Positions 1 to 15,870 of a DNA stretch of 64,000 bases are shown in pieces. A program made the translations under genes and the position numbers. The stretch lies in the NCBI RefSeq assembly GCF_009914755.1, contig NC_060947.1, one strand, 5' to 3'. How positions within the stretch are numbered: the first letter of the stretch is position 1; each line of letters begins with the position of its first letter. The notes beneath the pieces were generated by a model. That model saw only the letters and a list, made by a program, of their open reading frames with translations, was not told where the DNA came from and made no database searches. The DNA comes from the human T2T-CHM13v2.0 reference genome, Homo sapiens.

Positions 1-56
1 TCCCGCCTCGGCCTCCCAAAGTGCTGGGCTTATGGGCATGAGCCATCGCGCCCGGC
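1..56 (-). mobile_element. Alu 5' end, truncated by window edge
   Basis: cctcggcctcccaaagtgctggg...gagccatcgcgcccggc is the reverse complement of the Alu left-arm start. Confidence 0.9.
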
Positions 57-699
57 TAGCCTAACATGCTTATAGTTTCCTGTTTTCTGAAGTTGGGAAT
101 TGGGTCTGGAAAGGTATCACCATCAGTCACGATGGTGTCTAGTAGTTTGCTTTGTTTTTTTCCTTATCTTTTCCCTCTTACATTTTAGGGCTGTATCTAT
201 ATAATTTTATTATTTAAATTACCATATGGTAAGTTTGTCTCTTTGGGTGCATTATGAGTCTTGACACATGCATAGATTGGTGTGACCACCATCATCATCA
301 GGAGAGAGAACAATCTCCTCAGCCCAGAGATGTTCATGGTTCTGTCTCCCACAGTTCCTCCACAGTCACCCCCCCCAGCCCCGAATCTGGGGCACCCACC
401 CATCTGCTCTGCTCTGGAAGTCTTGGGGATCCCATCTGAATGTAACACATGGTGGAATGCCTTAGGTGAATCCATCCGCTCTTCCAGTACCACCTTTGCC
501 TCCTCTCTCTGATGACACATGAACTTCATGCCTTTGTGTGCTTTGGCCAACCGCTTTTCTTAGAACAGCACATTTTGCACTGTAGATGTTATCACAAGCA
601 AGGAAAAAACAGCTTTGCTCCTTAATGTAAGAAACCACAGTGGAAAAAAATCAGGTGTGTTGTTGAGGCTGCTAAAGCTTTGCTCCTTTTTAAAATTTT

Positions 700-865
700 T
701 TAAAAATTTTTCTGGATACGTAGGTGTATATATTTATGGGGTGCATTAGATATTTTGATATAGTCGTGCAGTGTATAATCACATCATGGAGAATGGGGGT
801 ATCCATTCCCTCAAGCACTTATTCTTTGTGTTACAAACAATCCAATTATACTCTTTTAGTTATTT
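700..865 (-). mobile_element. L1MA-type 3' end fragment
   Basis: gtaggtgtatatatttatggggt...ttacaaacaatccaattatactcttttagttattt matches the recalled L1MA 3'UTR (reverse strand). Confidence 0.75.
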
Positions 866-868
866 GCT

Positions 869-1149
869 CTTTTTTCTTTTATTTTGAGACGGAGTCTCAC
901 TATGTCGCCCAGGGTAGAGTGCGGTGGCGCGATCTCCGCCCGCAAGTTCAAGCGATTCTCCTCCTCAGCCTCCGGAGAAGCTGGGACTAGAGGCATGTGC
1001 CACCACACCTGGCTAATTTTTTTGTATTTTTAGTAGAGATGGGTTTCACCATGTTGGTCAAGCTGGTCTCAAACTCCTGACCTCAGGTGATCCACCTGCT
1101 TAGCCTCCCAAAGTGCTGGGATTACAGGCGTAAGCCAGCACGCTCGGCC
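869..1149 (-). mobile_element. AluS with small internal deletion
   Basis: T-tail, gagacggagtctc, ctaatttttgtatttttagtagaga, cccaaagtgctgggattacaggc. Confidence 0.9.
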
Positions 1150-1220
1150 TATTTATTTCCTCTTTGTTCTATGCCAGTTAGTTCTTGATGCCTCATTGTT
1201 TCAGATGGGACATTTTCTAA

Positions 1221-1541
<321 letters not shown>

Positions 1542-2877
1542 TAGAGGATGTTACCCTCACCTTTATTGCACAGTCCTACCAAAAGGTACTTCATATGTGA
1601 AATGTATCAGAAGGTTATAGTCATGGCTTTAGTTTAAAAACAGGATACATGTTCATTAAGGACCTTTGCCGTTTTCCCAATGGGTTAATCACGTAAATAT
1701 AAAATAGGCTAAAAATATCAAGTTGTTTTTGCCTTTGTTGTAGAAATAAAAAAATGAATTCCTACATCTGTGTTTCTATGGAGCTGCTAACCTGTGTTTT
1801 ACTCTGGGCCATATGTCGCTTTCTGTGATCTCATGACGTGGCATGTTTTCTAATATAATCCTTGTCCTGGCATTTTGGTGACTTTTGTCCTGCCTGAGGT
1901 GGTCTACCTGGTTGTGTGAAGTCACAGAACCTGTGCATGTCCTACCGTGTAGAGTTAAAGGGCTGGATGAGTGGCCTCAAGCCTTTTCCTCCCTCCCAGG
2001 TGTGAAGATTTGGTTTGGAAGATGGACCCTGCTTCAAGGTCTGGGAGGCCATGTTTTTTTCAGACTGGTTAAGGATGACGGTTTTATGTTAACTAAACAT
2101 TGGGATCAAGTGACAGTTGTTTATGTCCGGTGCCTAGAGTATCAGTTTTCCCATGATTAAAATAAGCGATATTTTGGTAAACATTGATAAGTTAGTTGCG
2201 CATTTTAGTTCAGAAACCCACAGCGAGTCAGAAGGCGCTTTGTGCTGCTGGGCGCCTCTGAGTGATTCCGGGGAGTGCGGCAGTTCTCCAGCCCCAGGAG
2301 ACCCTGTGAAAGAAGCACAAACAATGCTCACGGCAAAACTCACAGTGTTTATTCTTGACCTGGGTGTCTGCCTTGAATTCTTGTCATTTTTCCTATCGTG
2401 GTGGATGTAGCCGGAATGCTTTAAAGAAAACATGAGAGTTTTCTCTGCCTGTTTCCCTTGAGCCTGGAACCGATTATGACCCCAGATAGCCTGCACAGGG
2501 CTCTTTCCTTTCTGGAACACCTGCCCAGGCTAGAATATGGGAGTAGGGAGGAGGTGAGGCTCTCTCCTGCCCGGTAACCTTCCCGGCCAGCTCTCCAAGA
2601 CGCTGAAACCTTCCTTCGGGTCTGTTGAAACTGCATCCCCAGCACCATCATGTCGGAGCAAGAAGAGAAGGGCATGTGTCCCCTTTAGGCTTGACTCTTT
2701 CCAATTAGGGACCTGCCTGTTGTTAGGATTTAGAGTCCATGTGAATGTGCAGTATTGTTCAGTGCTGCGAGCATTTTTGCTTGTCTGAATTTCCTGATAG
2801 AAGGGAATTTGGACAAAAAGAAGCTTATTGTACATGGTGCCATTTTATTCCTTAAATCAATAATAACAAATACTTTA

Positions 2878-3186
2878 TTTATGTATTTTTAGAGATGGGG
2901 TCTTGCTCTGTTGCCCTGATCATAGCTCACTGCAGCCTTGGCTTTCTGGGCTCAAGTGATCCTTCTGCCTCAGCCTCCCAAGTAGCTGGGCCGACAGGCA
3001 CAAGTCAGCATGTCCAGCTTTTTTTTTTTCTTTCTTTTTTTTTTTTTTTTTAATTTTCAATTTTTTTCTAGAGATTGGGTCTTGCTGTGTTGCCCAGGCT
3101 GGTCTTGAGCACCTGGACTCAAGCAATCTTCCTGCATCGGCCTCCCAAAGTGCTGCGATTACAGTTGTGAGCTACTGTTCCTGGCC
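2878..3186 (-). mobile_element. AluJ with expanded middle T-tract
   Basis: Alu motifs; TSD-like aacaaatacttta / aacatatacttta; ~50-nt T-rich linker. Confidence 0.85.
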
Positions 3187-3231
3187 AACATATACTTTAA
3201 TATGGCAAGACCATATAAAATAATTTTAAGA

Positions 3232-3567
<336 letters not shown>

Positions 3568-5451
3568 TCAGTTTCTGGTGCACTGTGGGTAATTGGGTAA
3601 TTGTCAGCCTGGATGCTTGTGCTCCTTTAGTTGTCACTGTTACCTTGTCATCTATGTGAAGATGAGAAATGAAGTTGAGTGGAGAACTGTCGCCAAAGTC
3701 TGCCATGTAAAAATCGGTAGTGCCAATGTGCAAAGGTAATTCCCAGGTGCTATAAAAGTCCAGGTGGCTTCACAGTTTCAGATTGTATTTCCCGAAAGCG
3801 TAGAGAATTGATATCCCTGAATAGGAAATTGACGTCCCTGCCATTTGGTTCATTTGGGGAACAGAATAAACTTGTGTCCTTGCCTTCAGTTCTTTTTTCA
3901 ACAGAATCTTATCAAGCATTTGAATCGTACACAACTGTAATGCCAGCTCCATGTTGATAAAAACTCAAGAATTCAAAATTATAAACTTGAAAACAGCAAT
4001 TGCCAACTTCTGACAGTAGCAGGAGAGTCTGGAGGACCTGTTCAGAGGAAGTCGGGTACTGTTTCCTTTTCTTGTCTAGGTTTGTTCTTGTCCGATGGGA
4101 TCAGAGAGATTGAGATGGGGCATGATAGGCGGTGGGTTCAGGAGAAAGGGAAGCTTTAGAAATGAAGGTAGAAAAGATGCTTTCTTATTGGAACAGTGTT
4201 TTCAACGTTGAGCTCTGGAATGTTGCAGCCAACTAATGGTTCTCATTTGGGACAGTTCTGTCCCCCACCTTTGAAGGGGGTTTGGTTTAATTCCCAATTT
4301 GATTATGAAGAAAATACCAGATTCAGCTTGCATTTTCAAGACACAGTGGTTCTATGTCAACTTCAGCCATTTCCAGGGATCTGTCTTAGGATACTTCAAA
4401 AAGCCTAACCTTTGAGATGCACTCAGCTCATAAGTTCGTGAAAATAAGAATGAATAATCTTCCCTGTCCAGTACATGACAGAAATTATTGTAGACCAGAT
4501 GAGAGCAAGGAGAGATACTTGTTGATATTACATGTCACGGGATGCTCTGTTAAATTTTATGGGACTCTGAGTGTAATTCCTTTAAGCCAGTAGTCTCTAA
4601 ATTTGGGGGAAGGACAGGGGACAGAAATGACTTGTTTCAGATTTTAATTCCCAAAAGGGTCTTAGTGAGTTTCATGCCCTCTGGCAGGTGCACAGCAAGA
4701 TTTATTGGGATGCAGGAAGAAATTATGAAAATGTCCATTAAGAAAATCTCTAATACTTGTAAAAAATATATTTCTTGTCCATGAAATGCATGTTACTTGA
4801 GTATTTTATATATTTAATAAATTACATGAGTTAAGAGCACCTTCTGAAAACTTTTTTGCTGAAAAGGATATATGATGAAAAAAACATTTATGATGTAGGT
4901 CCCCAAAGGCTGGAAGAGGGGGTGATACCAACGTCCCTGCCTGCAGGTAGGACACAGTTGTACTCCCCTTTCCTCTGACTTCAGCTACTAAGGTATGTGT
5001 GCGTTTGCACGCACATGTATGTGCGTTAAGTAACTTTGAGATCCACCAGCTTAAGGACTGGACATCGTTCCAGAGGTACAGGTATTAGTGATTTGACTTA
5101 GGGAAGAAAGAATATGCAATAACAGGGAACCATGCACATACTGGATCTATTGTATTTTGCGTGTTGTTTTTAAAGCTGAAAAAATGCGCTTGTTTCGGAA
5201 CTAGATGACAGTACCTGTTTGCAGGTCCACAAGGAAACCTTGGAACAATGCTATGCTTTTTAAGCATTTTATGACTGCATTGTTTTCATAATCACTGAAT
5301 TCTGTTTATAAATCAGCTGATTTCATTGACGGATGCCCTCAGGGCTCTGGAGAATTAGGCGTTTTGCTGCAGAAATGGTTCAGAATTTCAAAGACATCAA
5401 CGTGAGATTGTACTGGAATTGAGTTGTGATAAAAGTCCTAGGGTGCTTTAA

Positions 5452-6144
<693 letters not shown>

Positions 6145-8254
6145 TAGGTTTTTTTTTTTTTTCTGAGTTGCTGCTACACTACTGGTGTTACAGAGTGAAT
6201 AAACATAAAAATTATATTCACAACTCAGACCACATTGTGGGCTGTGGAGGTGAGAAATAGGAATCATCTCTAAATTTAAGGTCTTCTGGCTGAGCTCATT
6301 TGCTTAGAATGGCTGAAGGTTTGGTTTTCATGAGATGAAATGCCAACCTCAAGTGGTTCTGGGTTTCCAGACCAGTTTTTAGTTTGTTTAACTTGAGAGA
6401 ATTGATATGTCAGCTTTAGTTTTTGTGTGTAATTTTTGGTGTTTGCATCTGTTTTCTTCTTTGTGAATATTGAATTCGCAACATAACTTTGTTATATGAA
6501 ATGATGCTCATACACTTGCGCAGTGCATTAGAAAGCCTGCCAGGAGCAGTACTTGTAGATTTCCGTGTACCAGCAGGATGCCTAATGCCGACCATGATTA
6601 ATGCTCATCAGAATCTATGTAGACCTCCATTTGTCCTTTGATAAGCTGAAATATTTGTGTCTACTTTTTAAAAAACCTGTTGCTTCTCTTTATGGTAATA
6701 CTCAGAAGGCACTCACTGTGAAGAGAGGAGAAACAGGAAGTAGAATTTTTTACTATCTAGATTGATGCACCTATCTCCCCTCTCCAGAGACCAATGCATT
6801 TAGGCCCCAGTAAGAAATTTAGTTGTAATGAACCATAAAGCAGATGCAGAGTATATTTGGGAATATACCTTATCTGACTCCACAGCCCAACCCCTTTAAG
6901 AGGAAAGAGATGGCACAATATATTTTGCTTTAAGCCTTAGACTGGTCTTGACTTCATATTGGAACCACTGAATTGCTTCAGCTGTGAACTGGAATCCTCT
7001 CCTGTCTTTGTTGTTGAGTGATGACACTCTTAATTAATCATTTGCTTATTTGCCATCCAAATCACCCTATATAATCTTTCAGAAGTGTATCTCAGAGAAT
7101 GACCCTAAGTCGGCTGACCTCTGAAGCCTGTACCAGAATTGACTTTATTTCTTAAGCGCACACTTCCTGTGCTTTCAAGGGGCAGCTGTCTAGGTTTAGT
7201 TTCTGGGAGTTTGAGGCACAGAGGTATGTAGGGGAATGGGAAGGCCAAATGGTAAAAGCCCCTGGGACGTGGAATCTGTGAGTACACTAACCTTGAAAGA
7301 GATTATGAAAACAAACTTTAGAGCATTGTTGAAGCACCATCTACATAATTTATATCAATGAAGACAGTAACTTCTTATTAGGAAGACAGGATTATTAAAA
7401 TTAACCATTTTCATCTTTCTACAAAAATAAAAATCAAATCAATTTTAGTTCAGATAATTGTATGTGAAGCTTTATAAGTGAAAATTTGAAGTTAGCAAAA
7501 TTATATAACCTTAGTTAATTATATTAGTGTACTCAAACTAAATATAGAATAAGATTAGCTCATGGAAACATTGCATTTTTATCTCAGTCAGTACTGCTCA
7601 TATCCACCCAGTAGTTAGTTTCTAGTTACGTTTTGTAATTTTTTGAATATCCTGGACATGGTTTTAGAAAAGTTAGTTGAAACAAGATATTGTATGCTTT
7701 CATTATTTCCCAGTTCATCTTTAAGCATAATAAAAACACAGAGTAAGTTGTCCTTTTTGAATTTTCTTTCCTTTCTAATATGTGTCTGGCACAACAGAGG
7801 ACCAAGCCCAGGGATCATTAATCCCATTTTTCTGCATGGCGTTTGCTGTGAGAGAAGTTTGGGCTGGATTCGTAGTTTGCTATCTAAGAGTAAATGTTCA
7901 ACCTTCTCTAATTTCCTGTTTTGTTTGCTTTTCCATTCAGTGTTCTATATTTGGACAACAAATATATTTTTCTGTATGGGTTTCTGGTGGCCCAGATGTT
8001 CATTGGAGTGGAAATTCTTTCTGTCCACACCACTGAGTTGGGCAGTTACTGGTGTTTGGCTTTCTCTATCTCTTGGAGTTGACTTAGATACATTGTGTAT
8101 TCAGGTTGGGCACTCATCCCCTTTGCAAGCTCTATTACTTTGTTCCATTTGGCTTTGCCATAAATGTTTGCCCTTGGCTTGCCAAGACGTCAGCTTTAAG
8201 AGATATGTCATTTAACTTAGAACTCTTGAGTCTGACTTAAAATTAAGTCAGTTT

Positions 8255-8502
8255 TCTTAAACATTGTTATTGAGGTATAAATGACATGCCACAAAAGTCA
8301 CCTCTTTGAGGTGTACCATTCAGGGATTTTTGGTAAATTTACTGGGTTGTGTAGAGATCACCATGATGCAGTTTTAGAACATTTTCAATTCCCAATAAGA
8401 TCGCTCCTACTCGGTTCTCACCCATTTCTGCTCCCACCTCCAGCCACGGGCCACCATGAATATCCTTCGTGTCTCTATAGATTCCCCTTTTGTGGATATT
8501 TT
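8255..8502 (-). mobile_element. Old L1M (L1MB/ME-like) 3' end
   Basis: ttattgaggtataa...ttttagaacattttc...tgtctctatagatt pattern. Confidence 0.65.
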
Positions 8503-8654
8503 AGAGTTGTGCTTCCAAGAATGAGTATCTCTGTGCTTGGTCGAACTTCCCGGATGGTGAGACCTGATTTAGTGACTTTGCCTTCCGCCCCTTCATCCCC
8601 AGGAGAGGAAGGTGGGGAAAGGGGAAAGACGGCAAGTATAGTAGTATAACAGGC

Positions 8655-8705
8655 ATCGTGCCTCAGTTTCCTCATCTGTAAAATCAGGATAACCATGGAC
8701 TAGTT
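8655..8705. mobile_element. MIR core fragment
   Basis: gtgcctcagtttcctcatctgtaaaa is the MIR core motif. Confidence 0.65.
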
Positions 8706-8977
8706 TCAGGCTCTAAATGTGAAACTCTGTAGGAAGTAATTAGCTGGGAATCTGGCATAGAGGAGGAGCTCATTGTTTGCGTGTTAACAGTGGGAAATAG
8801 TTAAGGAGGTGGGAAAAGAGCTACCTGTAGAAAGGTGGCCTAAGTCCCTGGAGAGCTGAGCACAGGACCCCAGGGCACACACCCCCTTATGCTTCCCCTG
8901 TCTTTCATCTTGAAAGCACCTGCCTGTGAACCTCAGGCTTGGAGGGAATCTGGATGTTTTCCCAGGATCTACCTCTG

Positions 8978-9005
8978 CTCTATGGTCCTCAATCCAAGGT
9001 AGTTT
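8978..9005 (+). mobile_element. MER20 5' part, split by the ERV
   Basis: tggtcctcaatccaaggtagttt joins directly to tgctcccaggggac at 13626, rebuilding the MER20 start. Confidence 0.65.
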
Positions 9006-9366
9006 TGAAACCGCCTTTGCAAAAATTATATCAATGAGAAAATTATAACAGTATGTTAAGCTAACCCATCCCCCATCTTGCCTTTCCCTTAATATTCTTG
9101 GGCTATTGGGCCAGGTGAACTTTGGAGGACTTTTAGGCTACGGTTTAAATGATAATAGGCCTTGTCCCAAACTCAAAACTTGCCCCAAACTGTAACACTA
9201 ATGGGAGGCCATCAGGATGGGGGAGGAGAGGAGCCTGATTGCTGCTAAGGCAAAGACATGAACCATTGCCAGATTGTCAAATACGCAGATTCCCAGTTAC
9301 TCCCGCAGATAACATCACTGTTGTAGAACCTAAGATTGGCCTTTTGAGATATCTTTTCAGGTTTTT
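9006..9366 (+). mobile_element. 5' LTR (3' part and PBS deleted)
   Basis: tgaaaccgcctttgcaaaaattatatcaatgag aligns with 13382 onward; passes into internal-type sequence after gatatcttttcagg. Confidence 0.75.
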
Positions 9367-9761
9367 AAAATTTTCTTTTCTCTGAACTACCTTTGGGGAG
9401 ATTCTAGATCTTTTAAAAATTCCTTACCAACTCTTTGGAGATACCTCCTGCGTTCATGGTTAATCCATCCCCTTAGTTAAGGCTTATTGATTGCACATAG
9501 GAAGTTCCCTTTAGTAAAAGGTTCAAAAGCTAGAAATGTCCTGGCTGAAATCCGGTAAAAAGAGATTTTAAAATGATTTTTCTTTTGAGAGCTCTGTAGT
9601 TAGAAATCGACTTAATTAAAGCTGATATGTGTACAGATACTGTTTTAAAGCCCCTGTTCTCCCTCTGAAAGCTTCTGTCAATGGACTTCTGTCTTGATTC
9701 TTCATTCCTGTCTTTCTGTGTATTCTTCTCTGTTATGTAGTGTTTATATAAAACAGCTCTA

Positions 9762-10163
<402 letters not shown>

Positions 10164-10535
10164 TTAAAGATTATTTGTAAAGTAAAATAAAAATGTCTTC
10201 AAAGTTAACACACTTTGTCTAAATTAGGCAGGTCAGGTACTCTTTGCTGGATGTTTTAAGGTCATAAACTGCTTCTGTGACTTTCAATAATTGTTTGACT
10301 TGTCTGTCTTACAGCCATTAGATTCTAGGTAAGGTCTGGGGACACATGGAGTTAGCCGGCTCCCCTGGCTAGGCTGGGAAGAATCATGGGTTCTGTAGTT
10401 TTATACATGGTTAAAATTGCTTATTTACCAGGTTTTTCACCAAAAATAAAAGTTGCTGAAAGTTAAGATTGTAACACGTATAATTGAGACTACTGGAGAA
10501 ACAGTTTTACATGCAAGGCGTAGAAGGAAAGTAGA

Positions 10536-10871
<336 letters not shown>

Positions 10872-13381
10872 GGAAAGTAGAATGTGTCTTGTGGGAGGCT
10901 ATAAGAAAGCATGGGAATATGGTTTTTGTAAAAGGGAATATAATTTTGTCTGGTTCGGAGGATTTTAAGGATCATCTTAAAAGAGTAATGGGACAAAACT
11001 GAAAGTTTAAGCAAGTTGAAAAAGGTTTGTAAAGGGTTCATCTTGTAAAGGAAGTTCTGTGGGTATGAGCAAGTTGGCTAAGACTTGAAGGGGATTATTT
11101 AGTTTTTCTGTAGGTTGAATATTTTTTGTTTGACTTTTGAATGAATGACAGAAAAACGAGGAGAGAGGAGCCTCATACTGTCTTTATTTTGTCCTGTTTG
11201 GAAAGTTGAGTTTCCCCTCTATCAGTGAGTGAAGATTTTTGCCTTTTAAAAATTCTTGAGTTATTATGGCTAAATAAATGACTTCTAGTGACTTGGGATT
11301 TTATTTTGTAATATCAAGGGTCTAAACATTTGATATTTGACAAAACTTTCCAAAGTCAAAATCTAAATTAAGCCACCCCCCCCCCGCCCTTATTTTAATC
11401 TGGTTAACCTTCCAGATATTAAATACTGTAAAGTCCAAAAGAGACATATTTGGCTTATTTGATATATTAAAACTATAACAGTAAGCATTGTCAGGTATGC
11501 AATAGTGTTTGGCTTTCTTTGGACTGTATTTGTATGAATGTGTTGTTAGTATGTGTTTCAGAATTGTATAAGATTTCCTGTAATTCTGATATGTTTTAGT
11601 ATATGTTATCAGTAATAATTATGATTGTTAAGTTATTGTATGCCACAGAGATGATCAGACCTTAACTGTGGCTGTTCTGAAACTTTTGTCATCCACAATT
11701 GTTTTACTTTGGTTATTTTCAGGGTGGTTTTATAATCAGCTATAGGACTGTGACAGTTTTCTGATAACTTTGGAGATTGTGACATTAAAATAGACGAAAA
11801 AGCTTCCAAGGCTCCCATTAAGAGCTAATGTATTCATGGATATCAAGCAGAACAGGAGTTAATTACATGGACTGAAGTAATGGAAGACCGAAATAAACTT
11901 TTTCTGGCTTTTCGTTTGAAACATTGCTCATTCTTTTGTTTTTCAGAGTCCAGAAAACCTTTTTTTTCTTTTGAGCTATTTATAGCTTTTAACAATTGGA
12001 TAAAGTATGCTCTTGTGAACAAAATCTGAAGCACATTTCTCTCTCTACCTGATTTCTCTAGAATTTGAAAACTGTTTGCAAGTATACTTAATTTATGATG
12101 TTATAGTTGTTTGTTAAATACAAATCTGTTTTCTTTTGTAGCAGGACACAATTGGAGACACTGGTTATTTTACCAAAGCTTTGATTGGAATGGCATACTT
12201 TCAGATTGCTTTAAGGAATCAAAGTTGACTTACAGAGCCAATAAAAGCCCCTTGGGTAAGCTGGCCTCATACCTTGTCTACACAGTCCCTGGACAGGTTC
12301 CTAAGTAAAGAATGTCACTTTCTGACAGGTCCAGGAGCTCCAAGTTATCTTGAGCCCTTGAGGTGAGGAATTCACCCAATTAATACAAGTATTTGCAGGC
12401 ACAGATAAATCCGTGGCTGGGCTAAATGCTTTGAAGTCTAATGTGAGATTTCTTAGGGAATAAAGTTGCAGCAAAGCCAATTTTAAAAAGGAGCATATAT
12501 GGCAAATAATTGTTCTAGCTGACCTTATGCAAACACTCGGGCCAGGTATAGTAAGAATAAAACTTATTTTGCACATAAATTAGTCCTAATGTGATTTGTC
12601 TTTAGTAAAAATAGGGACTGGAGAGAGAAATTATGTTTCAGAAAAAAACTATAGAACACCTGTTGTTAGAATCTAGTCTTGTTCACTATTTTTGAATTTT
12701 TATTATTTTCTGTCATTTGGACTGAATCGTGAATTCTTTCTGGACTACAAGTCCCAAACTAATGCTTTCAAATTTTTCTTTCATTTCTAACTTGGCCTCA
12801 ATAAAATTGCTACTACCTCTTTCCTGAGGTCCTATAAGCTGAAGCTTATTATGAGAGAAAAACATGTCAGATTGCCACCACCTTCCTCGTCTATAACTAA
12901 AGATGTTTTGAGTCTAATGTCTGGATAAATTGTGCCCAGTGTTAATCTTTGTTTTTTTTCCGTGTCTATGGAAATGCCTCTTACAGAAGCTTAGCCCATC
13001 TGCAGTGCCACCTCCTGATATGGGAAACAGCTGTTTAACTGATCTAGTCTTAGGACTTGGACACTGACTAAAAAGATATGGGACAATATATTTAAATTCA
13101 CTCTTTCCTGTTTATCCCAGTCTCTCTTTCTAACAACATATAGTCTACTGTTGACTTAAGTGTTGTACTAGAACTGTGAGTAAGAACATTAACATCTTTG
13201 TCATACACCCGTGAGTACATGCAGGTAGCTGCACGGTGGTGAGCTCACTCCTATTCCCCTGGGACCAACCCCTGCAACTATGCCCCCTGTCAGCAGGAAG
13301 AAGCCAGAGTGATGGTCACCCTTTTTCTATCTCTATAGCCAGCACCTTAAGAATAAGGTGTATGAAAGCCAAAGGGGGTAT

Positions 13382-13621
13382 TGAAACCACCTTTGCAAAA
13401 GTTATATCAGTGAGAGAATGATGACAGTGAAAGAGATCTGAGCTAATCCACCCCCCATCTTGCCTTTCTCTTAATTATTCATTTCCCTTAATTATTGCAT
13501 TTCCCTTAGTTATTCCATCTCCCATGTGGTGTGGCTGGCCTTGTGTCTGTTAAACTCTTTCTCTACTAAAATGCCCATGGTCTTTATGCAGCCGGCAGGA
13601 AGAACCCCTCAGGCGGTTACA
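13382..13621 (+). mobile_element. 3' LTR, internally deleted
   Basis: TG...CA ends, preceded by PPT, first ~100 bp homologous to the 5' LTR. Confidence 0.85.
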
Positions 13622-13795
13622 GTTTTGCTCCCAGGGGACAGTTTTGGTTGTTATAAATGAGGAAGGTGTGCTCTTGGCATCTAGCAGGTAGAGGCCAGGG
13701 CTGGCCTCCTGAAGTGCAGAGGAAGGTCCCCTCCTCTTTCAAGAGAGTTATCCAGCCCCAAAAGGTCAGCATTGCAGAAATTAAGAAACCCTGAC
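13622..13795 (+). mobile_element. MER20 3' part (hAT-Charlie MITE)
   Basis: caggggac..ttttggttgt..tggcatctagcaggtagaggccaggg..aagaaaccctg. Confidence 0.8.
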
Positions 13796-14554
13796 TTAGA
13801 AGCTTTGCACCTCGTGGTAGCTGTAAATGAGGTATTTACATCCTCCATGAAGACGTAAGGAAGTTGAAGGAATAAAAATCTCATGGGGCTTTGAAAGCAA
13901 TGCAAGCATCTTTTAGTTTTCATACATTCCATGGAAGTAGGGATTTTTTTCTAAAGCAAAAAGACCAACAAGACTTTGGAGCTCAGTTTAGAAGAAAAAA
14001 GTGACTTTCAAACCCTTTAGAAGTATTCATTTACAAATGAACAATGAAATGACTGTGTAGATGGAGAAACCCTGAGCGCCCCTTGGCTTTGATCTGGTGG
14101 TCACGTTCATCCGTGTCTGTTCCCTGAAGAACCAGTGCCCACATTTGCCTGCCTTCTTTACCTAACTCCCCCCAACAAGAGCTGACCCTCCTCCCATCTT
14201 CTCGCCTGGTTGGTCTTTTTCCTCCCTCCCCCTGAAGCCTGCCTGCCTCTGCTTTCCACCCTCCGACAAGCCCTGATCTGTGCTCTGAACAAACTCCTAT
14301 GCGGGTCTCTTTGAAGTCTTTTTGCCTGCCCCTAAGTGCATCCCTCCCACCCCCACCCAGGTGATACTGAATCTATGTGAATTTGTGGAGTTCTCCCTTC
14401 CTTCCCCTCTGGCAGAATCACCAGGATTCAGTCTAGAGTACAACATTATAGATGTTTTCTAGCACTTTTCAGCTGTCCATACGCTAATATGTAGTCTTGG
14501 GTCTTTATCCGAATGGAGTCCTATTATATTTGTTTCACACCATCTGCTTTCCTT

Positions 14555-15350
14555 ATTTTTGTATCTTTACTGAGGTATATTGAAGTACAGTAAGCTAGAC
14601 TTGTATGAAGTGTGCAGTTTTAATCTGTTTTTTCTTTTTTATTTCTTTGTTTGTTTACATACATTTTTTAGAGACAAGGTCTCACTATGTTGCCCAGGCT
14701 GGTCTCAATCTCCTGGGCTCAAGCAATCTTCCTGCCTCAGCCTCCTGAGTAGTTGGGACTATAGGCGCATGCCACCACACCCGGTTAATTTTTTATTTTT
14801 TGTAGAGATGAGGGCTCCCTATGTTGCCCAGGCTGGTCTCAAACTCCTGGGCTCAAGTGATCCTCCTGCCTTGGCCTTCCAAAGTGCTAGGATTACTACG
14901 GGTGTGAGCCACCGTGCCTGGCTCGTTTTTTCATACACACACACACACACACCCATATTTGTGAAACCAGCACCACAGTCAAAGAATATTTCCATCACTC
15001 TCCAAAGTTTACTTGTGCTTTTTTGTAATGTCTCTCCCCCTCCCTCTACCCCTTTCCCAGGCAGCCATTGGTGGGCAGTCTGTGACTATTGCATTTTCTA
15101 GCAATTTATATTACTGAAATCATATGGTATGTACTCATTATTTTGCCTGGCGTCTCTCCCTCAGCATCATGATTTTGGGGCTTCATGTTGTTGCACATGT
15201 CACTAACTCATTCCTCTATTGCTGCGTAGGATTCCTTCCTGTATGGATGCACTATGGTTTGTGTATCCATTCACCAGTTGTTGAATGTTTGGGTTGTTTG
15301 TTTTTTATTGTGACAATTATGAATAATGCTGCTGTAAATGTTTACATGGC
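14555..15350 (-). mobile_element. Old L1M (L1ME-like) 3' region interrupted by an Alu
   Basis: tttactgaggtata...ctcagcatcatgatttt...tatgaataatgctgct. Confidence 0.7.
14628..14923 (-). mobile_element. AluJ
   Basis: Reverse Alu with ctgggctcaag diagnostics. Confidence 0.85.
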
Positions 15351-15354
15351 TGTA

Positions 15355-15870
<516 letters not shown>

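Noticed and set aside
2245-2270. Possible CTCF site gggcgcctctgagtga
   Set aside because: Several mismatches at core motif positions; not supportable without ChIP data
7643-8215. 190-aa ORF
   Set aside because: Leu/Phe/Ser/Cys-rich product of T-rich DNA; no domain, no ATG at the start, no clear exon boundaries
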